Source: a bacterium (lineage in GTDB: Bacteria; Electryoneota; Electryoneia; Electryoneales; Electryoneaceae). Taken from it: a DNA stretch of 64,000 nt. The position numbers and the translations under genes were made by a program. Location of the stretch: positions 64,001-128,000 of the forward strand of contig JAZDLX010000007.1 in NCBI GenBank assembly GCA_043801585.1, read 5' to 3'. Shown here piece after piece: positions 9,090-18,403 of the stretch; position 1 is the stretch's first letter; the number at the start of each line of letters is the position of its first letter. The notes below the pieces were generated by a model. It was given only the letters and a program-made list of their open reading frames with translations, had not been told where the DNA came from and did no database searches.

Positions 9090-10467
9090 GGCGGTTGTTC
9101 CGGCGCTTTGCCTCGCGTTGCTTGTTGCGGGATGCGCCGGGACGAAAGATGTCCGGAAATCCGCCGCTGGAAAAACGTCCCGCGAATTCGCAGATCTGCC
9201 CCCGCGCGTGCTCGACAGGGTCATTTCAGGCTCTCTCTTCGAGAGCCAGGGCGACTACCTGCGCGCCTTGCACGAGTATTCGAACGCCCTCGCCTACGAC
9301 AGCAGCCAGGTCGAACTCTACGTCGCGATTGCGGAAATGCACCGGCAGTTGGGCGAGATGGACCTTGCCGAGAAAGTCCTCGATTCCGGTGTCAGTCGAT
9401 TGGGACCCCGCCCCGAACTGCTGCTGCCTCTGGGCCACATCCAGTACCAGAACTACGAGTTCGACCCGGCGCTGAAAACCTTCGAGCAGTACCTCTCCTT
9501 CGATTCCACGAACACCGAGGTCTGGGCGGTGCTCGCCGCGATTTACGAGCATGCGAAGCGTTATGAAGACGCTATCGCTGTTTATGAACGTCTCGAGACT
9601 CTGGAACCGGAGAGCCAGGAACTTCTGTTGAGCAGGGAAGGTTCGCTGTACACACGGATGGAACGGTATGACGACGCTCTCACGGTGTACAGGAAGCTTG
9701 AAGCGATTCGACCGGAAGCGCATCTCGTTCCGTTCATGATCGGCGGTCTGTACCTTGACAAGGGCGATACGGTCAAAGCCTACGATGCGTTCATGAACGC
9801 CACCCGTCTTGCTCCTGACGAACCGAGATACTGGGATCTGAGGATTCGGATCGCCGTCATTCTCGGAGACAGCAGCGCAGCTCTTACGGCTACGGATTCG
9901 GCGCTGGTTTTCAACCCGGACGAATTGCCTCTGCTGTCGCTGGCTTCCAATATCTACCTTCGGTACAGTCAAAACGACCGGGCAATCAGCGTTCTTGTAC
10001 ACGCTATTGAACTCGATTCCACGAACATCACCAACCTGGTCAACCTCGGTTATATCCTGCATGAGAACCAGGATTGGGACAAGGCGGAATCGGTGTACGG
10101 CCGGGCTCTTGCACTGGCGCCGGAAGACCCGCAAGTGCTTAACAACTTTGCCTACATGCTCGCCGTATCTGAACGCCATCTGCCGGATGCCCTGACCTAC
10201 ATTCAGCGTGCGCTCGAACTGCAACCCGAGAACGCATCGTACATCGACACCAAGGGGTGGATCCTGTTCAAGATGGGGAAGGCCCAGGAGGCTCTCGAGG
10301 TGCTGCAGAAAGCGGTGGACCTCGACGACAGCAATCCTGAAATCCTCGATCATCTCGGTGATGTGCACGCTGCCCTGGGTGACCGTGAGGCGGCGAAAAG
10401 GCTCTGGTCCGCTGCGCTCGAAAAAGGGGGCGATGCGGAACAGCTGCGGGAGAAACTGAATCCGTGA
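9061..10467 (+). CDS. Tetratricopeptide-repeat lipoprotein
   Basis: Lipobox LVAGC, many TPRs, LNNFAY...YIDTKGWILFK...DHLGDV. Confidence 0.88.
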   Translation: MTYFASLSRKAVVPALCLALLVAGCAGTKDVRKSAAGKTSREFADLPPRVLDRVISGSLFESQGDYLRALHEYSNALAYDSSQVELYVAIAEMHRQLGEMDLAEKVLDSGVSRLGPRPELLLPLGHIQYQNYEFDPALKTFEQYLSFDSTNTEVWAVLAAIYEHAKRYEDAIAVYERLETLEPESQELLLSREGSLYTRMERYDDALTVYRKLEAIRPEAHLVPFMIGGLYLDKGDTVKAYDAFMNATRLAPDEPRYWDLRIRIAVILGDSSAALTATDSALVFNPDELPLLSLASNIYLRYSQNDRAISVLVHAIELDSTNITNLVNLGYILHENQDWDKAESVYGRALALAPEDPQVLNNFAYMLAVSERHLPDALTYIQRALELQPENASYIDTKGWILFKMGKAQEALEVLQKAVDLDDSNPEILDHLGDVHAALGDREAAKRLWSAALEKGGDAEQLREKLNP

Positions 10468-11246
10468 CACCCACCGCGCTCCCCTCACGATTGCACCTGG
10501 CCGCCGTTTTTGGTCTTACACTCCTGCTCGCGGGGTGCGGTGTCATCCGAAAGGGGGAGGCGCCTCCCCCGTCCCCGCATGCTGCCCGGGCGATGCTCGA
10601 GGAACATTTCAAGAACATTCACAGGTTTGAGGGGGTGTTCTTCCTTAACGTTGAATCGCCTCAGTACAACCTGGCGTTAAAAGGGACCTGCCGTCTCGAA
10701 CATCCTGATCGTCTCCAGGGCCGTCTGCTGGGGCCTTTCGGGATCCGGCTCGGTGAATTCGTGTTTAACGGCGGCGCTTTCCAGGTTCGCATGGCGAACG
10801 GGCGGGTGATGGACGGTGATGTCGGCGATCTTGACGTACCCGGGCTGACAGGCCTGGAACTGCCCACGGATGATGTGCTGAGTCTCTTCGATCCGACCGC
10901 AAAACCTCCCCGAACAGGGGCTCGGACTCTTGCGTTCAAGGTTGAAAAGGAAACCGGATTCTGGCTCTGGAGGGTTGACGATGGCACGCTTGTTCGAGAA
11001 ATTCAGCTTGATCCGGTGAAACGGGTTGTACGATTCGAACGGTGGATGACGAAGGACGATACCGTACTCCTTAACAAGGAGTATGATCAGTTTGAACAAA
11101 CCTCCGGAATGCTGGTTGCCCACCGCCTGGTTCTCGAGTCGCGGACTGTGCAACCAGTGAAAGCGGAGTTGGTGTATGAATCATTGCGTCTCGATCCTGA
11201 TTGGAAAGATGATCCATTCAGCCTGATGGAGCCCGTATCGCGATGA
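10464..11246 (+). CDS. DUF4292 / LolB-like lipoprotein
   Basis: Lipobox LLAGC, GPFGIRLG motif, beta-rich sequence. Follows the TPR lipoprotein. Confidence 0.6.
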   Translation: MTPTALPSRLHLAAVFGLTLLLAGCGVIRKGEAPPPSPHAARAMLEEHFKNIHRFEGVFFLNVESPQYNLALKGTCRLEHPDRLQGRLLGPFGIRLGEFVFNGGAFQVRMANGRVMDGDVGDLDVPGLTGLELPTDDVLSLFDPTAKPPRTGARTLAFKVEKETGFWLWRVDDGTLVREIQLDPVKRVVRFERWMTKDDTVLLNKEYDQFEQTSGMLVAHRLVLESRTVQPVKAELVYESLRLDPDWKDDPFSLMEPVSR

Positions 11247-12193
11247 AGAACAGACCCCGCATTACCGTGCTGATTCCGCTTTTCAATGAAGAGGAATCGC
11301 TGCCCCATCTGAAAACAGCGATTGACGAAGTTCTGGACCGCGAAAAGATCAAGGCGGAACTTCTCTTCGTCGACGATGGCAGCACGGACAGATCCGCGGA
11401 AATCCTCGCAGGATTCGCTCAGGCCGACAAACGGGTTAACGTGATCCATTTCCGCAGAAACCGGGGAAAATCCGCCGCCCTGGAATCCGGTTTCCGCATA
11501 GCCCGCGGGGACTATGTCATCACCATGGACGCGGACTTGCAGGACGATCCGAAGGAAATTCCAAACCTGATCGGTGAGTTGGAAGAAGGTTTCGACATGG
11601 TCAGCGGTTGGAAACGGAAACGTCACGACCCGATCACGAAAACCCTGCCGAGCAAATTTTTCAACCTCGTTGCCCGGTTGACAAGCGGCATTCGCCTGCA
11701 TGACTTCAATTGCGGGCTGAAAATCTACCGGCGGGAAGTGCTCGATTCGATCGAGCTTTACGGCGAACTGCACCGATTCATTCCCATTCTCGTGGGGAGC
11801 CAGGGGTGGCGGATCGGAGAGTTGGCGGTTCAGCACCATGTGCGGAGATGGGGACGGACCAAGTTCGGTATCTCACGGTTTCTCTATGGTTTTCTCGACC
11901 TGCTGACGGTTCTCTTCATCACCCGGTTCGCGATCCGGCCGATGCATCTCTTCGGGGGGATCGGGGTGTTGACAAGCCTGGTTGGTTTCGCGATCCTCCT
12001 CTATCTGAGTATCATGTGGTTCATGGGACAGGGGATCGGCAACCGTCCGCTGTTCTTCCTCGGAATCCTGCTGATGATCGTCGGCATGCAGTCGTTCTCC
12101 ATCGGGTTGATTGGCGAGATGATCACCCACCATTACGCGTCCCTGCGCCAATTCCGGAAGGGGAGCGGCGACGAGACCAAGGAAAAGTCATGA
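11243..12193 (+). CDS. GT2 polyprenol-phosphate glycosyltransferase (DPM1/ArnC-like)
   Basis: PLFNEEE, VDDGSTD, RNRGKSAAL, MDADLQDDP, two C-terminal TM helices. Confidence 0.93.
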   Translation: MKNRPRITVLIPLFNEEESLPHLKTAIDEVLDREKIKAELLFVDDGSTDRSAEILAGFAQADKRVNVIHFRRNRGKSAALESGFRIARGDYVITMDADLQDDPKEIPNLIGELEEGFDMVSGWKRKRHDPITKTLPSKFFNLVARLTSGIRLHDFNCGLKIYRREVLDSIELYGELHRFIPILVGSQGWRIGELAVQHHVRRWGRTKFGISRFLYGFLDLLTVLFITRFAIRPMHLFGGIGVLTSLVGFAILLYLSIMWFMGQGIGNRPLFFLGILLMIVGMQSFSIGLIGEMITHHYASLRQFRKGSGDETKEKS

Positions 12194-13329
12194 TCGTTGG
12201 GTTGGTCGCTCCTCTGCCACCGTTGCGCGGCGGGATAACCCATTTCGATGTGCTGCTGCTCGAAGGTCTTCGCAACTCAGGCCATACCGTCGTGCCCATC
12301 AGTTATCGAAAGCTCTACCCCTCGTTTCTTTTTCCCGGCTCCTCACAGTACGACGAGGGCCAACCCCTGGCTCCGGATACTCTGCCGATTCTCGTGGCAT
12401 GGAATCCCATCACCTGGATGCGTGCACTGCGGGCGTTGAAGCGGGCGGGTGTGGAATCTCTGGTGTTGATTCACTGGCATCCATTCTTTGCGCTTTGCCT
12501 GAGGTTTCTTGCGACTCTCCGTCCCCGGAATGGAGTCGCCCTTTACGTCCACAACGCCATGCCCCACGAGAGTGCATGGATGGGGAGGCTGTTTAATCCT
12601 GTCCTGTACAGGGCGGTCGACAGGCTGTTTACGGGATCGGACACCGAAGCGGATGTGTTGCGAAGGATTGCGCCCTCCGTGCCGGTGCAGACGCTGCTCC
12701 ATCCGGTGCACGACCGCTTCCGCAACATCTTTTCTGAGATGTCACAGGATGAAGCGCGGTTGAAGTTGGGGATCACCGGAGACCGGCCCTGCCTGATGCA
12801 TCTCGGTCTCGTGCGCCGTTACAAAGGCGTCGATATTCTGCTCGAAGCGATTGGACGGCTGCCCCGGGGAAGGGTACGTTTGAGAATCGCCGGCGAGTTC
12901 TACGACGATAAAGCGGACTATGAACAATTGATTGACGGATTGGGCCTTCGGGACGAAGTGACGCTGATCGATCGGTATCTCAGTGATGAAGAGATGGCGC
13001 TTCACCTGATTGCGGCGGATGCCATAGTCCTCCCGTACCGAAACGCTACCCAGAGTGGCGTGGCGATGATCGCGCTTTCCATGGGGACGCCGGTGATCGC
13101 ATCGCGGGTCGGTCAACTCGCCCAGGTGATCGTCCGGCCGGAGTATGGCGAACTGGTCGAGCCTGAGAACGCACAGGCTCTCGCCGAAGCTGTCGAACGG
13201 TTTCTCCAACGTAAGAAACGGGGTGATCCGAAACTGCGTCAACGGATCCGTGACCTTGTCGAGGAGCAGTTCGGACACTGGGAACGCTTCGCGAACCGGA
13301 TGCTTACACCCCAGGGGGAAGAGGGATGA
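12190..13329 (+). CDS. GT4 family glycosyltransferase
   Basis: PLRGGI, GLVRRYKGVD, LPYRNATQSGV, PVIASRVG. ATG overlaps the upstream stop. Confidence 0.92.
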   Translation: MIVGLVAPLPPLRGGITHFDVLLLEGLRNSGHTVVPISYRKLYPSFLFPGSSQYDEGQPLAPDTLPILVAWNPITWMRALRALKRAGVESLVLIHWHPFFALCLRFLATLRPRNGVALYVHNAMPHESAWMGRLFNPVLYRAVDRLFTGSDTEADVLRRIAPSVPVQTLLHPVHDRFRNIFSEMSQDEARLKLGITGDRPCLMHLGLVRRYKGVDILLEAIGRLPRGRVRLRIAGEFYDDKADYEQLIDGLGLRDEVTLIDRYLSDEEMALHLIAADAIVLPYRNATQSGVAMIALSMGTPVIASRVGQLAQVIVRPEYGELVEPENAQALAEAVERFLQRKKRGDPKLRQRIRDLVEEQFGHWERFANRMLTPQGEEG

Positions 13330-14387
13330 ACCTTCATCGGGATTGCCGCCATTTCCAGGGGGATCGACCTTGCAAACCCCACAAGGAATTCGGGGTTCAT
13401 TGTGACGGATGCGATCATTACGACAAGGTGAAGGAGCGGATACTCATCGTCAAACTCGGCGCTGCCGGTGATGTTATTCGCACCACACCCCTGTTGCGAC
13501 GGTTGCGTCAGGAATACCCCTCCGCGCACATCACATGGCTCAGCGATTTTCCCGAACTGCTTCCCTCGGCGGTGGATCGCCCTGTCAAGCTGAACGAGCG
13601 AACGCTGACCTGGCTGCGCACCCTCGAATTCGACCTTGCCTGCGTTCTCGACAAGGATCCCGAGGCGATTGCCCTGGCGGAACGTGTGAAAGCCGTACGG
13701 AAGGTCGGCTTCGGCATGGACGAATGGGGACATGCCCGGGCGTTGAATCCGGAGGCGGAGGACAAGATCGTCACCGGCATCTTCGATGATGTCAGCCGTG
13801 CGAACACGAAGAGCTACCCGCAGGAAATCCTGGAGCTCTGCGGTTTTGACTACCGTGGCGAACGATACATGCTGGAACGGAAAGTGCAGCGCGACTGGAA
13901 ACTCCCGAACAGGCATCCGCTCATCGGATTGAACACGGGGAGCGGAGGCCGCTGGATTTCTCGGATGTGGCCGGAAGAGCACTGGGCGCAGCTTGGAATT
14001 CGGCTTCAGAAGGCCGGCTGCGAGATCCTCTGGCTGGGAGGACTCCAGGAGGATGAGCGAAACCTCCGTCTCCTGAAACAGGCCGGCGGAACCTACGCTG
14101 GACATTTCAGCCTGGAGGAATTCGTGGACCTGATGGCTCATACCGACGTTGTGGTCACCCAGGTGACCATGGCGTTCCACATTGCCATCGGACTTGAGCG
14201 CAGAGTGGTGTTGATGAACAACATTTTCAACCCGAATGAATTTGAACTGTACGGACTCGGCCGGATTGTCGAACCGGACCCGCCCTGCGACTGCTATTAC
14301 ACCCCGGTGTGCCCGCACGACTCGATGAAAAACATCACACCGGCGATGGTCTTCGAAGCCGTCCAGGCGGAGTGCAAATCGCTTTGA
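13326..14387 (+). CDS. GT9 family (heptosyltransferase-like) glycosyltransferase with Cys-rich termini
   Basis: KLGAAGDVIRTTP, RMWPEEHW, FHIAIGL. N-terminal C-x8-C-x9-C-x2-C and C-terminal CxC-x5-C. Confidence 0.88.
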   Translation: MNLHRDCRHFQGDRPCKPHKEFGVHCDGCDHYDKVKERILIVKLGAAGDVIRTTPLLRRLRQEYPSAHITWLSDFPELLPSAVDRPVKLNERTLTWLRTLEFDLACVLDKDPEAIALAERVKAVRKVGFGMDEWGHARALNPEAEDKIVTGIFDDVSRANTKSYPQEILELCGFDYRGERYMLERKVQRDWKLPNRHPLIGLNTGSGGRWISRMWPEEHWAQLGIRLQKAGCEILWLGGLQEDERNLRLLKQAGGTYAGHFSLEEFVDLMAHTDVVVTQVTMAFHIAIGLERRVVLMNNIFNPNEFELYGLGRIVEPDPPCDCYYTPVCPHDSMKNITPAMVFEAVQAECKSL

Positions 14388-14520
14388 TGGCCCGGGCTCA
14401 TGGGATCGTTGTCAAACGGCCCGAGGACAGTTTCTGAAAGCCTGATGAGTGACTCCTTGTCCAGGAGGGCTGCCCTGATTTAACCCGGTTTTTTCGCAAC
14501 GACACTGGAGCAGGCGCCTG

Positions 14521-15447
14521 ATGAAACGTGCCGCGTGGATTATGGTGAATCACAACGGGGGGGAGGAACTGCTCTCAACCATTGACTCGCTCTCCAGGGA
14601 TTTGTCCAGCGGCGACACCATCATCCTGGTCGACAATGGGAGCGAGGACGGTTCAGCCGTCAATGCGAAATCCCGGTATCAAAAAGTTCAGCTTCTCAAG
14701 AACGACAATAACCTGCCTTTTTCGGCGGCGACCAACCGTGGACTGGCCGCAGCCCTTGAACAGGGCTATTCCTGGATTGGAATCATCAACCCGGATGTGA
14801 GAATCTCGCCAGGGATGACGGAGGAGCTGATCCGCACCCTGGAGGCGGGGAAGGCGGAGCGGATCGGCGCTGTCAGTCCTGTGATGACGTTCAGAGGGAC
14901 GGAACGCATTTGGTTCGCCGGAGGAATGATTCTCTGGCCGCTGGAGTGGACTCAGCACCGTGGAATGGGAAAACACTTCGGGAATGCCTACCGTTATCGG
15001 GGAACGACGAGCTATCTTACCGGTTGTTGTTGGCTGTCCCCCGCGCAGGTCTGGCGCGATGTTGGACTGTTGGACGAAGACTACGTTTTTTATGCGGAAG
15101 ACGCGGATTGGTCCATCCGGGCACGCAAAGCCGAATGGCGACTTTATGTTCAATCGAACACGCTGCTTGAGCATAACGTCTCCTCGTCCACAGGGGGGAA
15201 ATATTCGCCGGTCAAGATGTTCTACCGTACAGTCATGGGACGCAGGTTTTTCTCTCGCCATACGCCTCCATCTGTTCGGCCGCTGCAATGGATCGGCGCA
15301 CCGTTGATGCATTTTGTTTATTCAGCGTACCTGATCTTGACTGGAAACACGCGTGCGCTGAAAATCTATCATCAGGCGTTGAAGATAAAACCCACGGAGC
15401 TTGTGAAGTGGCCACCTTCCCGGGAACAGATCATCAGCTCGTCCTGA
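14521..15447 (+). CDS. GT2 family glycosyltransferase (rhamnosyltransferase-like)
   Basis: VDNGSEDG, NRG, INPD, TGCC, FYAEDADWSIR. Confidence 0.9.
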   Translation: MKRAAWIMVNHNGGEELLSTIDSLSRDLSSGDTIILVDNGSEDGSAVNAKSRYQKVQLLKNDNNLPFSAATNRGLAAALEQGYSWIGIINPDVRISPGMTEELIRTLEAGKAERIGAVSPVMTFRGTERIWFAGGMILWPLEWTQHRGMGKHFGNAYRYRGTTSYLTGCCWLSPAQVWRDVGLLDEDYVFYAEDADWSIRARKAEWRLYVQSNTLLEHNVSSSTGGKYSPVKMFYRTVMGRRFFSRHTPPSVRPLQWIGAPLMHFVYSAYLILTGNTRALKIYHQALKIKPTELVKWPPSREQIISSS

Positions 15448-15470
15448 ACGCCCGTCGCTGGTCAGGAGGG

Positions 15471-16319
15471 ATGGCGAAAGGGTGGTTGCTGCCCTGGCTG
15501 TTGCTGCTGATGGTCGTTCTCAGCGCGGTCTTCGAGTGGTATGAATCGCCGGTGGAGAGAGCCTTCGGCGATTTCATGGTGTGGTCACGGCCCGTTCGCC
15601 CGGAAGCAGGCCGCGCATGGGAATTGAACCAGCAGGGCGCGGATGCCATGAAGACTCTGGGCGCATTGTCCCAGACATCCCGGCTCAGGCAGGCTGCGGG
15701 TGGCTCCCTGACACGCTGGAGCATGGTCCCGGCGATGATGGACTCCTTCGATGTCTTCTCGATATCACCCCAACGGTTTATCGATCTCTACGACCAGCTT
15801 CCGCCCGCTCTTCAATCCATGGTGATCAAACCGATCGAATTGGTGCGGGTGCGCACGGCTGGCACCTGGCAACGGGTTTTCTTCGTCCGTGAAGGGGATC
15901 GGCGGATGCTGTACTTCGTCGATCCGTACAACGTCGTTCTCTACCAGGTGAAACTCCTGGACTCCTTTTTCGAACGGTATAACCGTTTCTCCCGCCCCGT
16001 GGAGGGGTATCTCGACCAGATCGGCCAGTATTCGATCATCGCCCCCTCGGAATCCTTTTTCCAGGTTCTCGCACCTGCGGGCAAGGTGGAGCTGAGTCCC
16101 AATGAACTTCGATGGATTGCCTCCCTCGAAGGCCGTCTCGCAAGTGTCGGACTCGTTGCCACTGCCACGGACCACCTCTGGGAAATCGGTTTCGAGGTAG
16201 AGCGTGAGGGGCGTGTACTCGTTTACCGATACTGGATCAGCAAGGCTGAGGGGGAAGCCCTGACCTCCGGTCTCGCGGGCTTCAAGCGTTCTCCACAATC
16301 CGGGAGGACGCCACAATGA
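15471..16319 (+). CDS. Hypothetical membrane-anchored exported protein
   Basis: AGGAGG RBS before MAKGWLLPWLL, one N-terminal TM helix, stop overlapping the PBP start. Confidence 0.7.
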   Translation: MAKGWLLPWLLLLMVVLSAVFEWYESPVERAFGDFMVWSRPVRPEAGRAWELNQQGADAMKTLGALSQTSRLRQAAGGSLTRWSMVPAMMDSFDVFSISPQRFIDLYDQLPPALQSMVIKPIELVRVRTAGTWQRVFFVREGDRRMLYFVDPYNVVLYQVKLLDSFFERYNRFSRPVEGYLDQIGQYSIIAPSESFFQVLAPAGKVELSPNELRWIASLEGRLASVGLVATATDHLWEIGFEVEREGRVLVYRYWISKAEGEALTSGLAGFKRSPQSGRTPQ

Positions 16320-18403
16320 GCCGTCTTGCCGATTTCATCTCCCGGCTTGGCTACCTGATCCTCGGTCTGGTCGCACTCGGCGTCGTGGGATTCATCCTGC
16401 TGGTGGCGATCAATGTGAACGGCATCCCGCGAGTGCCCGATGAACTGAACCGGCTGATTGCGGTCTCCCCGACGGAGGTGTATGCCGCGGATGGATCGCT
16501 GCTGACGCGGGTTGGAGGCAGGCGTGCGGTTCCCATCGACCGCATTGCGAACAGCTACCGCCTTTCGGTGCTCGCAGCGGAGGATGATGATTTTTATCAC
16601 CATCACGGCATCGACAAACCCGCTCTGGTCAAGGCGACCTGGAACGCCCTGCACGGAAGCAAAAGCCGCGGCGGGAGCACAATCACCCAACAACTGGCGC
16701 GTAATCTCTTCTTCAGCTTCGAAAAGACATACGCACGAAAATTCCGTGAGATCCTGGCGACGCTTGAGATCGAACGGCGATTCAGCAAAGGCGAAATCCT
16801 CGCCGCGTACTGCAACGGAATCTATTTCGGCAATTATGCCTACGGCATCGAAGAGGCGGCGACCTCGTATTTTGGCATCCACGCCGCCAACCTCGACCTC
16901 GCGCAAGCATCGCTACTCGCCGGACTTCCCCAGTCTCCGAGCCGCTTCAACCCCTATCGGTACCCGGAGAGAGCTGCGGTTCGCCAGAAATGGATTCTGA
17001 ATCGTCTCAAGAATCTTGACTGGGTGAACCTCGAAGAATTCCGGACCGCCGCTGCAGAGCCGCTGGACTTTCGCCCGCTTTACGAAGCCGCCGACGAGGG
17101 GAGTTATTTCCTCGATGCCGTGTTCGATCAGTTGGAGGAAAAATACGGCCGCACGGTACTCTATCACGGCGGTTTGAAGATCTACACGACGCTTGACCCG
17201 ACTCTCCAGACCTGGGCGGTGGAGGGGGTGCAAGAGGGACTCGCCGATCTCGACACTCACCTTGGATTGCCGAGATTCGATCCCTCTCGCGAGGAGGAGC
17301 GGCAGAATTACCCGCAGGCCGCACTGGTCGCCGTGGAGGCTGCAACGGGCGCCGTACAGGCGCTGGTCGGCGGGCGCGACTGGCAGGCGAGCCAGTTCAA
17401 CCGTGCGATTCAGGCGCAACGTAATATGGGGTCGGTGTTGAAACCTGTCCTCTACCTGGCGGCGATGGAAACGCTCGGTGTCCAACCGGCATCGCTGATC
17501 AATGACGACAGCATCACTGTCGTGATCCCGGGGACCAATCCCTGGTCACCAACGAATTTCGAACCCGGCTTCCGCGGCACGACGATCCTGAAAATCGCGC
17601 TCGAAAAATCGTTGAACACTCCAGCGGTCCGGCTGATCCTCTCTGTGGGACCCGAAAGCGTCGTGAAGACTCTGCAAAAGATGCAGGTACAATCTCCTCT
17701 GGTTCCACATTACAGCATCGCTCTCGGCGGAACGTCCGTCTCCGCCGTCGAACTGGCGGCGATCGGCGGATCCATCGCCAACCTCGGCGAGGTCGTTCAA
17801 CCCTTTTTCGTGCGGCGGATCGAGGACGATCGCGGCCAGATTCTGGAAGAGCACATCGCATCACGGCAAGCTGAGTTCGACCCCGAAGTCAGCTATATGC
17901 TTGTGGACATGATGAAGGGTGTGATCAGCGAGGGCACCGCCGCGGGTGTCAAGGATTACGGATTCACCCTTCCGGCGATTGGAAAAACCGGGACGACGGA
18001 TGACCATCGCGACTCCTGGTTCCTCGGAGCGACAACACAACTGTCGGTATCCACGTGGGTCGGCTTTGATGATTACCGGGCGATGATCGACGTCAAGGAA
18101 GAGGGAATTACCGGAGCAACCGGTGCGATGCCCATCTGGGTCCATTTCATGCAGAAAGCGACCGAGGGCGAACCTCCCCGTGATTTTCCCATGCCCGCTG
18201 GAATCGAACTCGTGCCTGTCAACCCGAAAACGGGAAAGAGGGTGTCCGAACGAACGCGCGGTGCGATTTTCGCCGCGCTCCCCACGGGAGTGGAACTTCC
18301 CGATTCCACTCTCCTGCGCATCGAGGCAAGCTGGGGCGACACCGTCCGAGTGGATTCCCTCGGACAGGTGACCATGAACTTCAGCGATGAGGTGTTGCCA
18401 TGA
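16316..18403 (+). CDS. Class A penicillin-binding protein (PBP1A family)
   Basis: Transglycosylase motifs EDDDFYHHHGID and GGSTITQQL. Transpeptidase motifs SVLK, SLN, KTGT. Confidence 0.95.
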   Translation: MSRLADFISRLGYLILGLVALGVVGFILLVAINVNGIPRVPDELNRLIAVSPTEVYAADGSLLTRVGGRRAVPIDRIANSYRLSVLAAEDDDFYHHHGIDKPALVKATWNALHGSKSRGGSTITQQLARNLFFSFEKTYARKFREILATLEIERRFSKGEILAAYCNGIYFGNYAYGIEEAATSYFGIHAANLDLAQASLLAGLPQSPSRFNPYRYPERAAVRQKWILNRLKNLDWVNLEEFRTAAAEPLDFRPLYEAADEGSYFLDAVFDQLEEKYGRTVLYHGGLKIYTTLDPTLQTWAVEGVQEGLADLDTHLGLPRFDPSREEERQNYPQAALVAVEAATGAVQALVGGRDWQASQFNRAIQAQRNMGSVLKPVLYLAAMETLGVQPASLINDDSITVVIPGTNPWSPTNFEPGFRGTTILKIALEKSLNTPAVRLILSVGPESVVKTLQKMQVQSPLVPHYSIALGGTSVSAVELAAIGGSIANLGEVVQPFFVRRIEDDRGQILEEHIASRQAEFDPEVSYMLVDMMKGVISEGTAAGVKDYGFTLPAIGKTGTTDDHRDSWFLGATTQLSVSTWVGFDDYRAMIDVKEEGITGATGAMPIWVHFMQKATEGEPPRDFPMPAGIELVPVNPKTGKRVSERTRGAIFAALPTGVELPDSTLLRIEASWGDTVRVDSLGQVTMNFSDEVLP

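Noticed and set aside
11710..12189. 160-aa N-terminal extension of the GT4 ORF (likewise the extended starts given for bamA, skp, lspA, purF and the TPR gene)
   Set aside because: The extensions overlap upstream genes or promoters. Better RBS-supported or overlap-coupled starts lie downstream.
14388..14520. CTGATGA (14442-14448) near GAAA: possible hammerhead ribozyme or fluoride riboswitch
   Set aside because: GAAA and CTGATGA are only 2 nt apart, leaving no room for stems I and III. The fluoride aptamer 5' GAUGG...CRCC and AACCGC elements are missing.
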